Shown here in pieces: positions 40,719-56,912 of a DNA stretch of 64,000 bases; within the stretch, counting starts at the first letter, position 1; the number at the start of each line of letters is the position of its first letter. Position numbers and translations under genes: made by a program. The notes below the pieces were generated by a model, which saw only the letters and a program-made list of their open reading frames with translations, was not told where the DNA came from and ran no database searches. This stretch comes from the human T2T-CHM13v2.0 reference genome, Homo sapiens, in NCBI RefSeq assembly GCF_009914755.1, contig NC_060932.1; one strand, given 5' to 3'.

Positions 40719-43700
40719 ACTGGTCATAATTGCTCTGAAATTCCATGGGGCCAATTTTATGAAGTCCCCCTAGTTTGGGTGGGTAAAAATAGTGCCTTTC
40801 AGGCTCTGATTTTGCTCTCTGTTGGAGGAAATCCCTTGTCTTTTATAGTTTATGGCCTGTGGCTCTACTCTTGAGGGTCTTCTCTTTGTTCAGTTTCTTT
40901 GGGGACTCTAAAGTGAATGCTGGAAAGCATACCATTGTTAGGGGTTTTGAGACTTTCTGCCTGCTTGTGATAGGTCAGGATCCTAAAGGTTACCTCAAGT
41001 CTCAAAAAGCCAAAGACGTTTTGAATTAATTTGTGACTTCTTTGTCAATGTAATTCTTTCAACACCTTCATAGCTTCTAATCTCTGTACATTCCAGTCAG
41101 TTTCATGTCCAGTAACCACACCCTAAAACCTTTCCTAGACACAGTTCTCTGACCTGCTTTATTTCTTTGCTTTTTCAGAACCCTGCCTCTCTGTCTTAAC
41201 TAAAGCTACCTTGAGGTTAGAGGGATTGAATGGGATTGATTGAGTCTGAATTTGTCATTGCTCTAGTCACTTCATCCAACTGAAGAGTTTTTCCTAGACT
41301 TAGTATTTCAAAGTCATTAAACATCTCATATCTTACTTTTGAAGGTCTAGAATCTAGAATCTTCTCACTTTTTACACCCCTAAAAGGCCTTGAATTTCTC
41401 AACTTTCTTTATTCTTTTTCATTTCTGCCTGCAAAGTATCTAATTATTCCTTGAGGTCATAACTTAAAATATCTTACCAGACCACCCATTGGTAGCCAAC
41501 ATATCCTACCAAGATTCTGCTTTCCAAGCTTTTCTGCTGGAGCTATTGGTTGACTAAGCGTGCTCTCTGTATTGAGAACAACTACAGAAGGGATTCAAAT
41601 GAAGTGTCTTGCAACTGCATAATCTGGAGACCTATGCTTAGAGCCTGTGTCAGCTTCCATGATGCTCATCTCTGAATGCTTAACCAATGCCATGTCTTTA
41701 TCTTTGTGTTATGGTAGTCCCCTCTTCAAAGTATCAATTTCTGTATAAGGTTATATAACCAACCACCTGGTAATCTCAGTGACTTAGTAAACAAAATAGT
41801 GGAATTCTTCCTCGTGTCATAGTTTGTTGCAGATTTGATTGCTTTCCTAAGAAGTTTTCCTTGAAGAAACACATCCATGATTCTTCCATAGTGTCACTAC
41901 AACTCTGTACTCTTTTTTTTGTCATGAGAACCTCAAGATGATTTTAAGGTCTGGTCTTTCAAATGGTGCATATCACTCCTGCTCCCATCCCGTTGTCCAG
42001 AAGTAGTCATGAGGGTATATTTTATGGCCCATAGGAATCATAAAGAACTCTAGGAAATTTATTCTTCCTCTGTTCTTGGGAAAAGGAAGAGAAATTGAGA
42101 GCATCTAGTCACTTGCTGTCATATTCCCAATTTCATGTCTCTGTAATCTAGATTTTTCCCTGAGTTGAAAATATTTATTAAATAATATTTAAGATGTATA
42201 TGTATTTCAGTTTAAAGGTGATCTTGCACGAATTATATTTTTTGACTCTCAAAACATCCTGTGTGATATGTATTAATATTTTCATCTTCCTTTACAGATG
42301 ATAACATTGAGGCTTGTGAGTCAAATTCCTTAACAAAGGAATAAATCTTCTACTGTATGACAAGTAGCCTGCTAGGCACTAGTGACAGAAAGGTGGCCCC
42401 AAAATAGATACAGACTCTGTTCCCATGCTTATGCTTTAAAGTAAGAAATAGGTATTAACTGAACAAAACATTAATAAATGTGTATTAACAAAGGAGATCA
42501 GTGCTCTGTAAGAAAGATACGTAATTGTCCAAAAATGTATTTAAAATTTAGCCTATGCAGTTTCTTTTTGGAGTGATGATTATATTTAAAAATTACCATA
42601 TGATGATTGTACAACTCTGTAAACATACTAAAAACAAACCATTAGTTGCAGATTTTATATGGCTGAATTTTATAGTATGTACATTATATCTCAATGAAGC
42701 TGTTAAAAAGAAAGAAATACATGCAGGGAAAATACAAGACAATTTACCCATGCCAAATTAGTCATATAGACTGTAAGTACTGCAGAAAATCAATATTTAA
42801 AATAATTACTATACTTTACTATTAGGTTTTCAGTTTCCCTAGGCTTTTAAAAAATATATCAGAAAATGTTAAAAGATAGTATTTAAAAAGAAAATTCATG
42901 ACAACCCAGTAACTCTTTATTTTTATATCTTGTCTTTTTCTTGGGGCAAATTATGGTAATCATGATAGAATAGAAGCTACATTTTCCCTAGATAACTTCT
43001 TCTGCAGTAGAAACAATAATTGATATAGTGTAATGTCATTTTCATCCATCCAATTAATATATTATGGTTTTGCTTAGCAGTATAAAAGACATTGAAAGTA
43101 TAAACAAAACCAAACAAATGAAATATAGCCTAAACTGAAGGGCTCAAGGAAAGATACACTGGAGAACTCTAAGCCTGATATCTGAAAGTAACCTGGAGTT
43201 AATAAGGGAAGAATAAAAGAATAACATTCTGAACAGAGGGGTAATTAAGGAACCATGAAAGGCTTATGCAGGCAGAGACACTGCATAAGTGGAAATCCAG
43301 CAGGAGGGCCCAGGAAGGCCTATATTGTGTATACCTGACAGACAAAGTTAAGATTTTTCATTTTTTTTCCAAAAGAGTTTTCCAACTAAAAAGTTAAAGG
43401 TAGAAAGTCAAGGTTAATTTGATGAACAGCTTTTTTGTTTGTTTGTTTGTTTGTTTGTTTTTCCATAGAGTCTATTTCTAGAACTTAAATTACTCATGTA
43501 CATTCAGCTTTAAGTGGTTGAATTGGAATCTTGAACTCAAGCTACCTGTCTGTGGAGGCCACTAGACAGTACCCAGCATAGTGGGGACAAGCCAAGTCAG
43601 CTAGGCTGGCCCTGTAGAAGGCCCTGGTCAGGTCACCAGGAAGCTAAGTACTCCTAGTGATGCAAGAAATATACTCAGAAGTATATAACCCTTGGGCAGG

Positions 43701-44499
43701 TCAAATTTTCCTATTTTGCAAACAGTATGGATCCTTGAGAGTTGGGGCTGCTTGCACCCAAAGATAAAGAGTGGAAGGTTCTGAGACACACTGACTCAGC
43801 ATTGACTATTATGCTCTATTATGGACTCAAGTCACACCTCTGAGGAGCCCGGGTGGCATTGGCAGCTGCGTTTTCACCCACTGGTATCTTTGATTTCCTG
43901 TGTATTCCTCTCGCTGGTTATTTGCTAGTTCGGTATTAAACTAAAATAAAGGTAAAATTTCAAAATATGCATCTCTATTCCAGCTATCACTGATTTGTTG
44001 CCTGTTCAGAATGGCATGGCCATAGTTGTGGTGTTCAGCTAACACTGATTCTGATTAATCATTAATCACTGCCCATGCCAAACCAATCAACTTTCACTGC
44101 TGATCCTGGCCAGTCTTCAACTTGGGAACAGCCTTTGTGAATCAGCCTAGCTCAGCCTGGCTGTGAAGTTGGAGCAGAGAATTCTGGCAGAGGGTTCCGA
44201 CATGGTTGGTAGGATGGATGGAGAAAGTAAAGATGGGTGCAGGGGAAGTAATGGAAATAATGTATTAGGCAAAAGCCCTGCAGACTGTCTCTGAATTGAA
44301 ATCTTGTACTTAGACATGCAACAGAGGGGGTTTCCCACCTCTGCCCCAAACCTCCTGGGAAATTCTCCAAAGCAGCCCAATCACTTGGTATTTGCTCCAT
44401 AACCGAGGTCAGAAAGTATAAGGACAATTTTTCTTTCATATGAAGCTCTGTGCATGTGAAAAGTAAATTTACCTTCTACTTCTAAAGATCTGTAGTAGG

Positions 44500-44700
44500 T
44501 ACTGCAGTAGGAACATTACAGATGTGGTCATATTTCATCTTCATATGAAAGCTTTGAAAACGTATGATTTTCATTTTCCCCATTTTAAAAATAAGAAATC
44601 TGAGTGTCAAAGCAGTTAACTAATAATAAAGATTATGCATGTAGAAAGTGGCAGAGTGAAGGTTCAAACCCAGATCTTTCTAATATCCCCACATGAGCTT
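44500..44700 (-). mobile_element. MIR SINE
   Basis: cccattttaaaaataagaaatctgag...gtggcagagtgaaggttcaaacccagatct. Confidence 0.75.
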
Positions 44701-45089
44701 CTTACTTAAATATTCAAAACTGATCTCCTTTAAAATATTTTACTAAATGAAAAACCTTGAAAGAAAAGTTTTGTGTGTCTTGCCAAAATTATAGGTCTAA
44801 TTAAAGTCAGAGTTGGGCTTTAGTAAATATCTGTTCAGTTGTCTCTTCTTACATAGGCCCTTCAAAGTGCTTTGGGACTATGGGAAAGAGATCCAAAGTG
44901 AGGTGGCAACTATCTCATTCAAACTGTTAAAGTTTAAGCACAAAGGAGCACTGCTAATTTGTAAGCAAACATCAGAATTTACCAGTTTCAGTGACAGCAA
45001 AGTCCTCACCAGAAGTTATCTTGGAGGTGCTGGGTGGCACCAGAGAATAAGCATGGGCTTTGAAATCAAAGGGCCTGTATTAAAACTCA

Positions 45090-45756
<667 letters not shown>

Positions 45757-45884
45757 TTATTCTTTCCTTTCTTTCATTCATGAGTATTAAAAGCCCTTTT
45801 TCTGCTCCATCTCTAGCCATATACCCCCTGGTGTTTTCTGCTAAAACAGAATTGATTGCCTCCTACCATGATAGTGGTTCTCAC

Positions 45885-46184
45885 TTTTTTTTTTTTTTTT
45901 AATTGAGACAGAGCCTCACTCTGTTGCCCGGGCTGGAGTGTGGTGGTGCAATCTTGACTCACTGCAACTTCTGCCTCCCGGGTTCAAGCAATTCTCATGC
46001 CTCAGCCTCCTGAGTAGCTGGGATTACAAGCATGCACCACCATGCCTGGACTTTTTGTATTTTTAGTAGAGAGGGGGTTTCACCATGTTGGCCAGGCTGG
46101 TCTAGAATTCCTGACCTCAAGTGATCTGCTCACCTCAGCTTCCCAAAGTGCTGGGATTAGAGGCATGAGCCATCACACCCGGCC
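45885..46184 (-). mobile_element. AluS, full length
   Basis: Poly-T through ...cccggcc; degenerate TSD. Confidence 0.95.
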
Positions 46185-47927
46185 ATAGTTCCCACTTCTT
46201 TGCCTCCTTGGTTTCCTTTAGCTAAAGTGGTTTTAATTTTGTGTTGCCTTGGTGAGATTTTTAGTCACCAGGATCCTTCAAGATCTAACAGAAGAATCAC
46301 TTTTACATTGAAATTTTTCCTATGCCCCCTTTTATTCCTCCTTCTCTAAGTTTACTTGATTGCTTCTCTCATTTATCTCTTTGTCCCAATTGTACCCTGT
46401 ACATATCTCTATGGTTAATGATTCCAGCTTCACCCTATTCTATGCCTACACTTGATATTTCAAATATAATCATGTCTGGCTCATCAATAAAGCGGAACTA
46501 TCACAAGACACTTTATCAGAAAGGTTGAGACACATCATGGGAGACAATGCATTTTAATAAGAAAGCCAGGGAAAGAATCTTCTGTTAGCCTTTGGAAATA
46601 AGAAAACCAGTGTGCTATCTATTTAACACTAGGACTCCCCCAGCTTTGTCCTATATCACTGTCACACCTGTACTTGAGACTGAGTTACAGAAGGAAAGTT
46701 AGTTGGGCATAAAACTGAAATAAAACTTTTTGAATATGCACAGAACTGTTTGAGCATCATGAAATTGTAGACAGTCATTCTTTTTAGCCAAAAATTACAA
46801 TGCACCTGAAAGGCATTGAAGCTTGGTACCCAAGAAAACCAAGGGAAGTAACTGACACAGTTGACAGAAGCTAGTAAAAATGAGCTCTAGAATTTGTTGC
46901 AGATTCCACACTCATTCTGTTTCACTTCACTGTCTCTCAGCGACATTTGACTTAACAAATACTATTTTGCAAACTATATTTGTGCCCTTAACGCTATGTA
47001 AGATAACAGGTAAATCATGTGGTTCCTATTTTATCTGATATTTGCCATCAGTGAAATGAGAATAACATTTTCCACCTACTTCTTGGTGGCTTGTGGGTAG
47101 ATTATGACATAATATTTGCAAGAGACCGTGAAGGAAGAGATTAAGGTACCGAGCAATGATGCAGATGAATGCTTTGGGAAGCATTATTGAGCTCTGACTA
47201 TGTGACAGGTAATTAGATAGGCACTGGAGTAGAAAGACAAAGACATGACAACAAAGTAAGTGCACTTATCAAAATACCACTGTAAAGGCAATGAGACTTT
47301 ACTGAGATCCTTTATGACTTACGCATGCAGAACTGAGAGTCTCCATATGGTAAGCTGACATGTGAGCTGTTAGGTTGTATGATATGAATAAAAATCCAGG
47401 TGAAATTAGAAAACACATACTAAGCTTAATGAGACCACCGAAGTCTGCTAAATGTTCTACTGTTTTCTTGGACCCCCACCAGCCGTCCTTTACTAGTATA
47501 AACCTGGATTCTCAGCGTCCTGCCTTGGTAAATATAATCTACAAATTATCCATGGTATAAAAGGCTGCAAAAGTAAGATAAACTCTCCAAAGTTTTCACA
47601 TCTCCAGAGTCCTAGTCTTCCCCACCCCTGCCAATTTTTAGTTTCAGTAATATGGAAATGGAAGAGAAAGCCATTCAAGTCAGAGGGAAGAGCAAATGCA
47701 ATGGCAGAAAAACAATAGCCACGTGAGCTTTGGGAAACTTGGAGTCAATGTCAACTTAGCTTCTTACAAAAGACTCACAGGTAGCATGACTGAAGCAGGC
47801 AGGAAGGAAAGTTAGCCCTTGTGAATTGTGAACATAGTGGGAATTGTGGAAAACTGCAAGTAAAAAGCCATCAAAGGGTCCAACTTCTATAAAGCATGGG
47901 CCAATTGCTGCCATGTGAAAAAAATAA

Positions 47928-48756
<829 letters not shown>

Positions 48757-50001
48757 AAAAAAAGTGGTGAAACCACATTTTTATGCAAAATCTTCTGATT
48801 TTTAAAGGTAGGCTTAGTTTTCTCTTTAAAACACTAAGCAGGACAAACTATGTGTTGCCTTTTCCCTGTCTCTGTCTTAGATTCTAATTTTTCCTATTTA
48901 TAAAATGGGATTAATAATTCCTGTTTGGCAGTGTCCTTTGGATTACAGTATGTGGGGGGCTAGGATTTGCTGGATGCATGTAACTCTTCTTAAGGACACA
49001 TGTATTCACTATTGATTACATAATCATAATATGATAAAAGACCTACTCAGGGAATGCCTCACTTTAGAAGTGCTCAATCAGGAACTTGATGCCTGTTTGT
49101 GCAGAATATTACAGAGGACATCCATTTTTTGAATTTAGGGTTGGAGTCAATCAAAGATAGATTAGTTTTTTTGCAAGATCATTTTGACTGGTTGTGTCTG
49201 TCTAGAGTAGTGAGTTAAGAAATGTTCTGCATCTGTAACTAGGCTCAGTGAAAGGAGAAGTCTCACGATTGATTAATGATGTCTGACAGGGTCTTAGAAA
49301 GTGAAAGTGGTCACACACATATGCACATTTGCCATCTCTGAACCAAATGATTTCTAAGTCCACTCCCAGCCCTAAGAGTTTATAAATAAGATTTAATCAA
49401 ATTTGACCTCCCTTTAATGCCTCACAAATTATTCTGAGGTCTACATTATGAAGATCAGTGTCAATGAAATATTGATTAAGTGAGATTTCTATGTGACAGA
49501 CTGTTGTATAAACCAGCTTTGTCCTTTTCTTATGTGACATCCACTTTCAGCACTTCACAGAACAGATTTATTAACTGAGTTGTCTAATGTCATTATTTTT
49601 TACTATGCTTGATGAAATCCTATATGCTTCATTCTGGTTTAACTTGAAAGACACCTGATTCTGTTCTGTATGCATGATACTAAGGACACACTGATGAATA
49701 ACAATGGGTGCCTTTATTAAATGTGTTTCCTGATGTTCTCAGTAATATAGACAAAAGAACAATGAGTAAAATGTAAGGTGAGGTGTAGTTTCCACCTCTC
49801 ATTCTTAAACTTTTCTATGAAAATCGAAGAGATAGATTGCCCCCAAGAAATCTGAAGCCAAAAATCACAATAAGTAGCCACAGAGTAAATATTTAAATAT
49901 TTAAGAGTAAACATCTTGGGATTCTTGTTCTATATTTTAAGAAAAATTTGTAAATGCTATATAATATGTTTCTTCTAATTCATTGGGCTTTTTAATCTTA
50001 A

Positions 50002-50445
<444 letters not shown>

Positions 50446-51300
50446 ATTAATCTTGTTTTTAGATAAGAAATAAGAGAAATTTTCATAGCTGAAATCAGAC
50501 CTGAGTGGAGGTCAGGAAAGATAATCCATTCAGAGGAAAGAGTTTATATAAAGACATGGAGGTATTAAATAGCACAGTGTCTCCAGGAAACTATAAATAG
50601 TTGTCTACTGCTGGATGAAGTTTCCAGATTGAGCATGGCATGAATAAGGTAAGAGAGAAAGGAAGGAGCCAATGTGTACAATAAGCAGGTCTGTTAGAAA
50701 TATCACATTCTTTCCAAATACGTATTTTTCATTAAATTTTTTTAATTGCTCTCTTTTTGCTTAACTTTCTACTCATAGACCAAAAGGCAGATCAGGTGAA
50801 AGCTTTTTTCTCCTTCTTCATTCATAAACTGTACTTCTGAACCACATTATTCATGACAACCCTCTGCTTTGCCTTGGCCACCTATCAAAGGCCTCCTCTC
50901 ACTGCTGATCAATGGTTCTTCAGGCACTGGAACTGAGCCAAAAAGAAAACAGCCATTGATGAAAGAGCAAAGCAGCAATTCCATGAGACCAAAACGTCCT
51001 GACCAGAGTGCAGGCTGGTCACAGCACTGATATATCAAAACACATTGTACTAGTGAGAGCTACTATGCACTGCACGTTTGTCTGTCTGCGGTTCTAGGCA
51101 CATTACATATTTTCTCTTCTTTGGTTTATATAGCTCTCAAACACCTCTTACAGAAGATATAATAACTCTCATTTTAGAGATAGGGGAATTAAGGCTCATA
51201 GGAATTGATTTGCTTTCATACATTTACAACAGTGTAAATGTCAGAGCTGGTGCAGAAGCAAGAGCTCTGAGTTTCCCAGTATATCTTCTTAGTCAATATC

Positions 51301-51676
51301 TGATATGATTTGGCTGTGCCCTCACCCAAAATCATACTTTGAATTGTAATTGCCACAATCCCGACATGTCAAGGGTGGGAACAGGTGAAAGTAATTGGAT
51401 CATGGGGGTGGTTTCCCCCATGCTGTTCTCATGATAGTGAGTGAGTCTCATGAGGTCTGATGGTTTTAGAAGTGTCTGGCATTTCCGTTGCTTGCACTCA
51501 CTCCATCTTGCCACTTTGTGAAGAAGGTACCTGTTTCTCCTCTGCCTCTGCCATGATTGTAGTTTTCCTGAGGCCTCCCCAGCAATGCAGAACTGTGAGT
51601 CAATTAAAATTATTTCCTTTATAAATTACCTAGTTTCTGGTATTTCTTCATAGCAGTATGAGAACAAACTAATACA
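51301..51676 (+). mobile_element. THE1D-like solo LTR
   Basis: tgatatg...ctaataca termini; perfect TSD atatc. Confidence 0.93.
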
Positions 51677-52303
51677 ATATCTTAAATGGTACTTCATGCA
51701 TGTGGTTCCTTTGTCTCTGTAGTGTACTCTGCCTAAAATCCTCATTTACCTCTATTTGTATGACTCTTTTCTTTAAGATCTGAGTTTGGATGTCACCACT
51801 GGTAGGCAGCTCTACATATTCTCACAAAGTCTAGGCTAGGTGGTTGTTGTTTGTGGTTCCATATCATCTTGTGCTTCCCTCTTTGCAGCATTTACTGCAC
51901 TATTTAAATTGTTTTCTCTGAGGTCCTCCAAGGCAGTGATCATGTCCTTTACCTACACATGTCACACAGAATACCTGGCAAAAAACTAGTGCTCAATAAC
52001 TGTTAATAACCCATCAAGTGTTTTGCCTTTCGGTGGCACTTGAGGCTTTCCAAATGAATTCATATAATCTGGCTCATTTAATGATATGTAAAAACTGGTG
52101 TAATCAGTAAAGTGCTATGTCAAGTGAAACATCACAATTAAATATAAGCATATGGATTAGCTAGAAGAGTCTGATTATACAAGATAATGTGCTTTCCTAC
52201 ATTATACCTGTAATACTATACCATATCTATTCCAAATATTACACATGTGTACCATATCACAGTATGGTCATTTTAATAATGATTCTTCCAATCCATGATC
52301 ATG

Positions 52304-52664
52304 TATATCAGTCAGTTCTCATGCTGCTAATAAAGACACACTTGAGACTGGGTAATTTATAGAGAAAAAGAGCTTTAATGGACTCACAGTTCCACATGGC
52401 TGGGGAGACCTCATAAACATGGCGGAAGGTAAAGGAGGAGTAAAGGCACGTCTTACATGGCATCAGGCAGGAGCACATGTGCAGGGGAACTGCCCTTTAT
52501 AAAACCATCAGATCTCATGAGACTTACTATAACGAGAACAGCACAGCAAAAACCTGCCCCCATGATTCAATTACCTTGCCCCAGGTCCCTCCCTTGACAT
52601 GTGGGGATTATGGGAGCTACAATTCAAGGTAAGATTTGGGTAGGCACGCAAACAAACCATATCA
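52304..52664 (-). mobile_element. THE1 solo LTR nested in L1
   Basis: Antisense THE1; decayed TSD tcatg/gcata from the L1 sequence gcatg. Confidence 0.92.
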
Positions 52665-53434
52665 GCATAGGATGTTTTTCCATCATCTACAATTTCTTTC
52701 ATCAGTGTTTTGTAATTCTTATAAAGATCTTTCATCTCCCTGGTTTAATATATTCCTAGACATTTTTATAGCTATTGTAAATGTGATTGCCTTCTTGATT
52801 TGGTGCTCAGCTAGAGAATTATTTGTGTATAGAATCACTACTGATTTCAGTACATTAATTTTGTATCCTGAAATGTTATTGAATTCATTTATCAAATATA
52901 AGAGGTTTGTGGTGGCATCATTAGAGCTTTCTAGACGTAAGATTATATCATTGGCCAACAGGCATAATTTGACTTTCTCTTCTCCAATCTGGATGCCTTT
53001 AATTTTTATTTTCACTTGCCTGATTGCTCTGATAAGGACTTCTAGTACTATGTTGAATAAGAGTGGTGAAAGTGGTCATCCTTGCCTTGTTCCAGTTCTT
53101 AGAGGGAACGCTTTCAACTTTTCTCTGTTAACTATAATGTTGGCTGTGGGTTTGTCGTATTTGTCATATATGGCCTTTATTATGTTGAGGTATGTTCCTT
53201 CTATTCATAGTTGAGAATTTTCCATCATAAAATATGCTGAATTCTGTCAGTTACTTTTTCTGCATCTATTGAGGTGATAATATAGTTTTTGTCCTTAATT
53301 CTGTTTATGTGATATATCACATTTATTGATTTATATATGTTGACTCATCCTCACCTCCCTGGGATAAATTCAGCCTCACCATAATGTATTTATTATTTTT
53401 CAATTTCAATGCACTGTTACATTTAATTTGCTAG

Positions 53435-53749
53435 TTTTTTTTTTTTTTTTTTCTTTGAGACAGGGTCTGTCTCTGTCACCCAGGCTGAAGTGCGGTGGCA
53501 TGGTCATGTCTCACTGCATCCCTGAACTCCTGGGCTCAATTTATCTTCCCATTTCAGCCTTCCAAGTAGCTAGGACTATATGCATGTTCCAGCATGCCTG
53601 ACTAATTTATTTTCTTTATTTTAATTTTTTGTAGAGATGGGGTCCTGCTATACTGCCCAGGCTGGTCTCAAACTTCTAGCTTTAAATGTTCCTCTAGCCT
53701 AAGCCTCCCAAAGTACTGGGGTTATAGGTCTGAGCCACCACACCCAGCC
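53435..53749 (-). mobile_element. AluJ nested in L1
   Basis: Full dimer; TSD tt(a/g)atttgcta. Confidence 0.93.
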
Positions 53750-56700
53750 ATTGATTTGCTAATATTCTGTTGAGGATATTTGTGTCTATTTTCATCATGG
53801 ATATTTGGCCTTGTAGAATGAGTTAGGAAAATTTCTCTCCTCCTCAACTTGTTGGAATAGTTTCAGGATGATGGGTATTAGCCCTTCTTTGTATTTGTGG
53901 TAGAATCCATCTTGTCCTGGGCTTTTTTTTTCTGATTAATTCTTGCTACTCATCATTAGCCTGTTCAGGAGTTGTCTTTCTTCCTGGTTCAATCTCAGCA
54001 GATTGCATGTTTCCAGGAATTTATCTATTTTTCTCTAGGTTTTCTGATTTGTGAGCATATAGTTGTTCATAATAGTTTCTGATGATCTTTTATATTTCTG
54101 TGGTATCATTTGTAATGTTTCTGTTTTTCATTTCTGATCATAGTTGAGTCTTCTCTTTAGTTTAGCTAGTGGTTTATCAATTTGTTTACCTTTTCAAAGA
54201 ACCAACCTTTTGTTTTGTTGATCTTTAGTAATTTTTTTGGTCTCTATTTTATTCTGCTCTGATCTTTGTTAGTTCTTTTTTCCTAATAACTTTGGCTTTG
54301 ACTTTTCTGGTTTTTCTAGTTCGTTGAGGTATAACATTAGATAGCTAACTTGTGATATTTCCACTTTTTTGATGTAAGCATTTAATGCTATAAAATTCCC
54401 TCTGAACACTGCTTTTGCTGTATCACATAGGTTTTTGTATGTTGTGCATGATTTTCATTTATTTAAAAATTTTTAAAATTTATATCTTAATTTCTTCATT
54501 AACTCAATGATTGTTCAGGAACATGCTGTTTAATTTCCATGTATTTGTGTAGTTTCTGAAGTTCTTGGTATTGATTTCTAGTTTTATTCCACTGTAGTCT
54601 GAGAAGATACTTGACATAATATAAATTGAAAAAATATGTTGACTTGCTTTATGCCCTAATATGTGGTATGAAAATGGAAAATGTTTCATCTGCTGATTAA
54701 AAAAAGTATATTCTGCATTCATTGAGTAGAATGTTCTGTAAATGACCATTAAGTGTACATGGCCTAAAGTCTAATTTAAGTTCTAAGTTTCTTTATTAAT
54801 TTTCTGTCTCAATCTGTCTACTACTCTGAGTGGGGTGTTGAAGTCTCCCACTATAAATATATTGCTCTCTAATTCTTTCTTTATGTCTGGTAATATTTGT
54901 TTTGTAAATTTGGGTGCTCTGATGTTGGGTGCATATATTTAGAATGTTATATCTTCTCACTGAATTGATCCCTTTATCATTATGTAATAATCTTTCTTGT
55001 CACTTTTTATTGATTTTGATTTAAAGTCTGCTTTATCTAAAATAAGTGTAGCTAATCCTCATGGCCTTTTGCTTCAAATTGCATGGAATATCTTTTTTAA
55101 TGTCTTTACTTTCAGTCTATATGTGTCTTTTTGAGTAAGGTGAGTTTCTTGTAGGCAGTATATAGATGCATCATGCTTTTTAAAAATCCATTCTGCCAAT
55201 TTCTATATTTTAAGTGGTACATTTTAACTCATTTACACTCAAGATTAATACTGAGATGTGAAGCTTTGTTCCTGTCATATTGTTAATTGTTTATAAGTTG
55301 TATAATTTTTTTCTTTTTCTTTTTGTCTTTGTGGTTTAATGAAATTCTGTTGTGTTGACATTTGATTCCTGTCTCTTCCTTCTTCATGTGATTGTTTTGT
55401 AAGAAGTGTAAGTTTTATATTTCCATGTATTTTTGTGATGGTAACTACAGATCTTTGTTTTTAATGTTTAAGACCTCTTTGAGTATTTCTTGTAGGGCTA
55501 GTCTAGTGGTGACAAATTCCCTCAGTGTTTGCTTATTGAGGAAATATCTTACTTCTTCTTTACTTATGAAGCTTGCTCTGGCAGGATATAAAATTCTTGG
55601 CTGACACTGTTTTCCTTTCAATGCTTTGAAAATGTCATCCTGTTTGCTTCTGGCTTCTTAGGTTTCTGATGAAAAGTCTACTATTAATCTAAGGTAGTCT
55701 CCCTTATAGGCGACTAGGTATTTTTATCTCGCTAATTTTAAAATTATTTCATTTTGACATTAGACATTCTAAATATAACATGCTGTGATGAAGTCCTTTT
55801 TGTAATACATTTGCCTGAGGCTCTCTGAGCCTCCTGTACCTGGATGTTTAATTGTCTTGCTAGACTTGAAATGTTTTCATTGATTAGTTCCTTAAATAGG
55901 CTTTCTAAACTTTTTGATCTGTCTTTCCTCTTGGGAATACCAATAATTGGTAAGTGTGGTCACTTTATGTTATCTGAGGTATCTCAAAGGCTTTGTTTAT
56001 TCTTTTTTATTTATGTTTTCTTATCTTTGTCACACTGAATTATTTCAAAAGCCATGTCAAGTTCTGAAAGACTTTCTTCTGCTTGGTCTAGTCTATTATT
56101 GAGGTGTTTAATGTATTTAGTATTTCCTTCATTGAATTTTTAGCTCCAGCATTTCTGCTTTTTTTAAAAGATATTTATCACCTTGGTAAATTTTACATTC
56201 ATTTTCTTAATTGATTTTCTGCTTTCTTTGTATCGATTTTCAGATTTTTGTTTCATCTTATTCAGCTTCTCATTTCATTCAAAGCCAATATTTTGAATTC
56301 TTTATCTGGAATTTTGTGAAATTATTTTTTACTGGGATCTGTTGCCAGACAATTGTTGCCCATTGGTAGTGTCATATTTCTCTGCTCTTTCATGTTTTCT
56401 GTGTCCTCCATTGATATCTGCATATCTGTTGTAGCAGTCACTTGTTCCAATTTTTTGAAGTTGCTTTTGTAGGGGAGAATATTTTTCCTCACAGCTCCAA
56501 GGCAAGGCCCTAGGCCAAGGTGGATCACAGAGTCTATTCTCCTTTCCTCATTCCTCAGCAGTGATGCCAGAGTCCAGACAGCTCAACCTCCAATAACAAT
56601 GAAGGCAGAGGTGATGGTGCAGACAGGGGCCATGGCTGTTGCTCTGCAGAGAATCAGAAACTGCAGCAAGAATGGACCAATCAGAACTACCTCCTGCAGT

Positions 56701-56912
56701 GATTTTTTTGCCTGCTTCACACCCAGTCATGACTCTGATTCCCTTATTTTGGATTTATTTTGCTATCCTTTCTCTAGGTTCTTGAAATAATACTTTAGGC
56801 TTTTGATTTGAAACTTTTGTTCTTTTCTTTGCAACACTTCAAATGCATTTTGTGATGTAATTTTCTCTCTCAGCAACACTTTAGCTGTGTCCCACAAATT
56901 GTAATATGTTGT

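Larger units (their letters stand above)
39150..42123 (-). mobile_element. Ancient MLT1-type MaLR, apparently LTR-internal-LTR
   Basis: Two similar degraded LTR-like blocks (~39150-39570 and ~41740-42123; both contain aatctcagtga(t/c)tta) flanking non-LTR sequence. Confidence 0.55.
52255..56490 (-). mobile_element. Large L1 fragment (ORF1-EN-RT region, L1M/L1PB age)
   Basis: [21 protein letters not shown] (decayed FADD motif) at 52719-53015; endonuclease remnant at 54504-54749. Confidence 0.9.

Noticed and set aside
52636-53214. 192-aa hydrophobic ORF resembling a membrane protein
   Set aside because: Antisense frame of L1 ORF2; hydrophobicity reflects the T-rich strand
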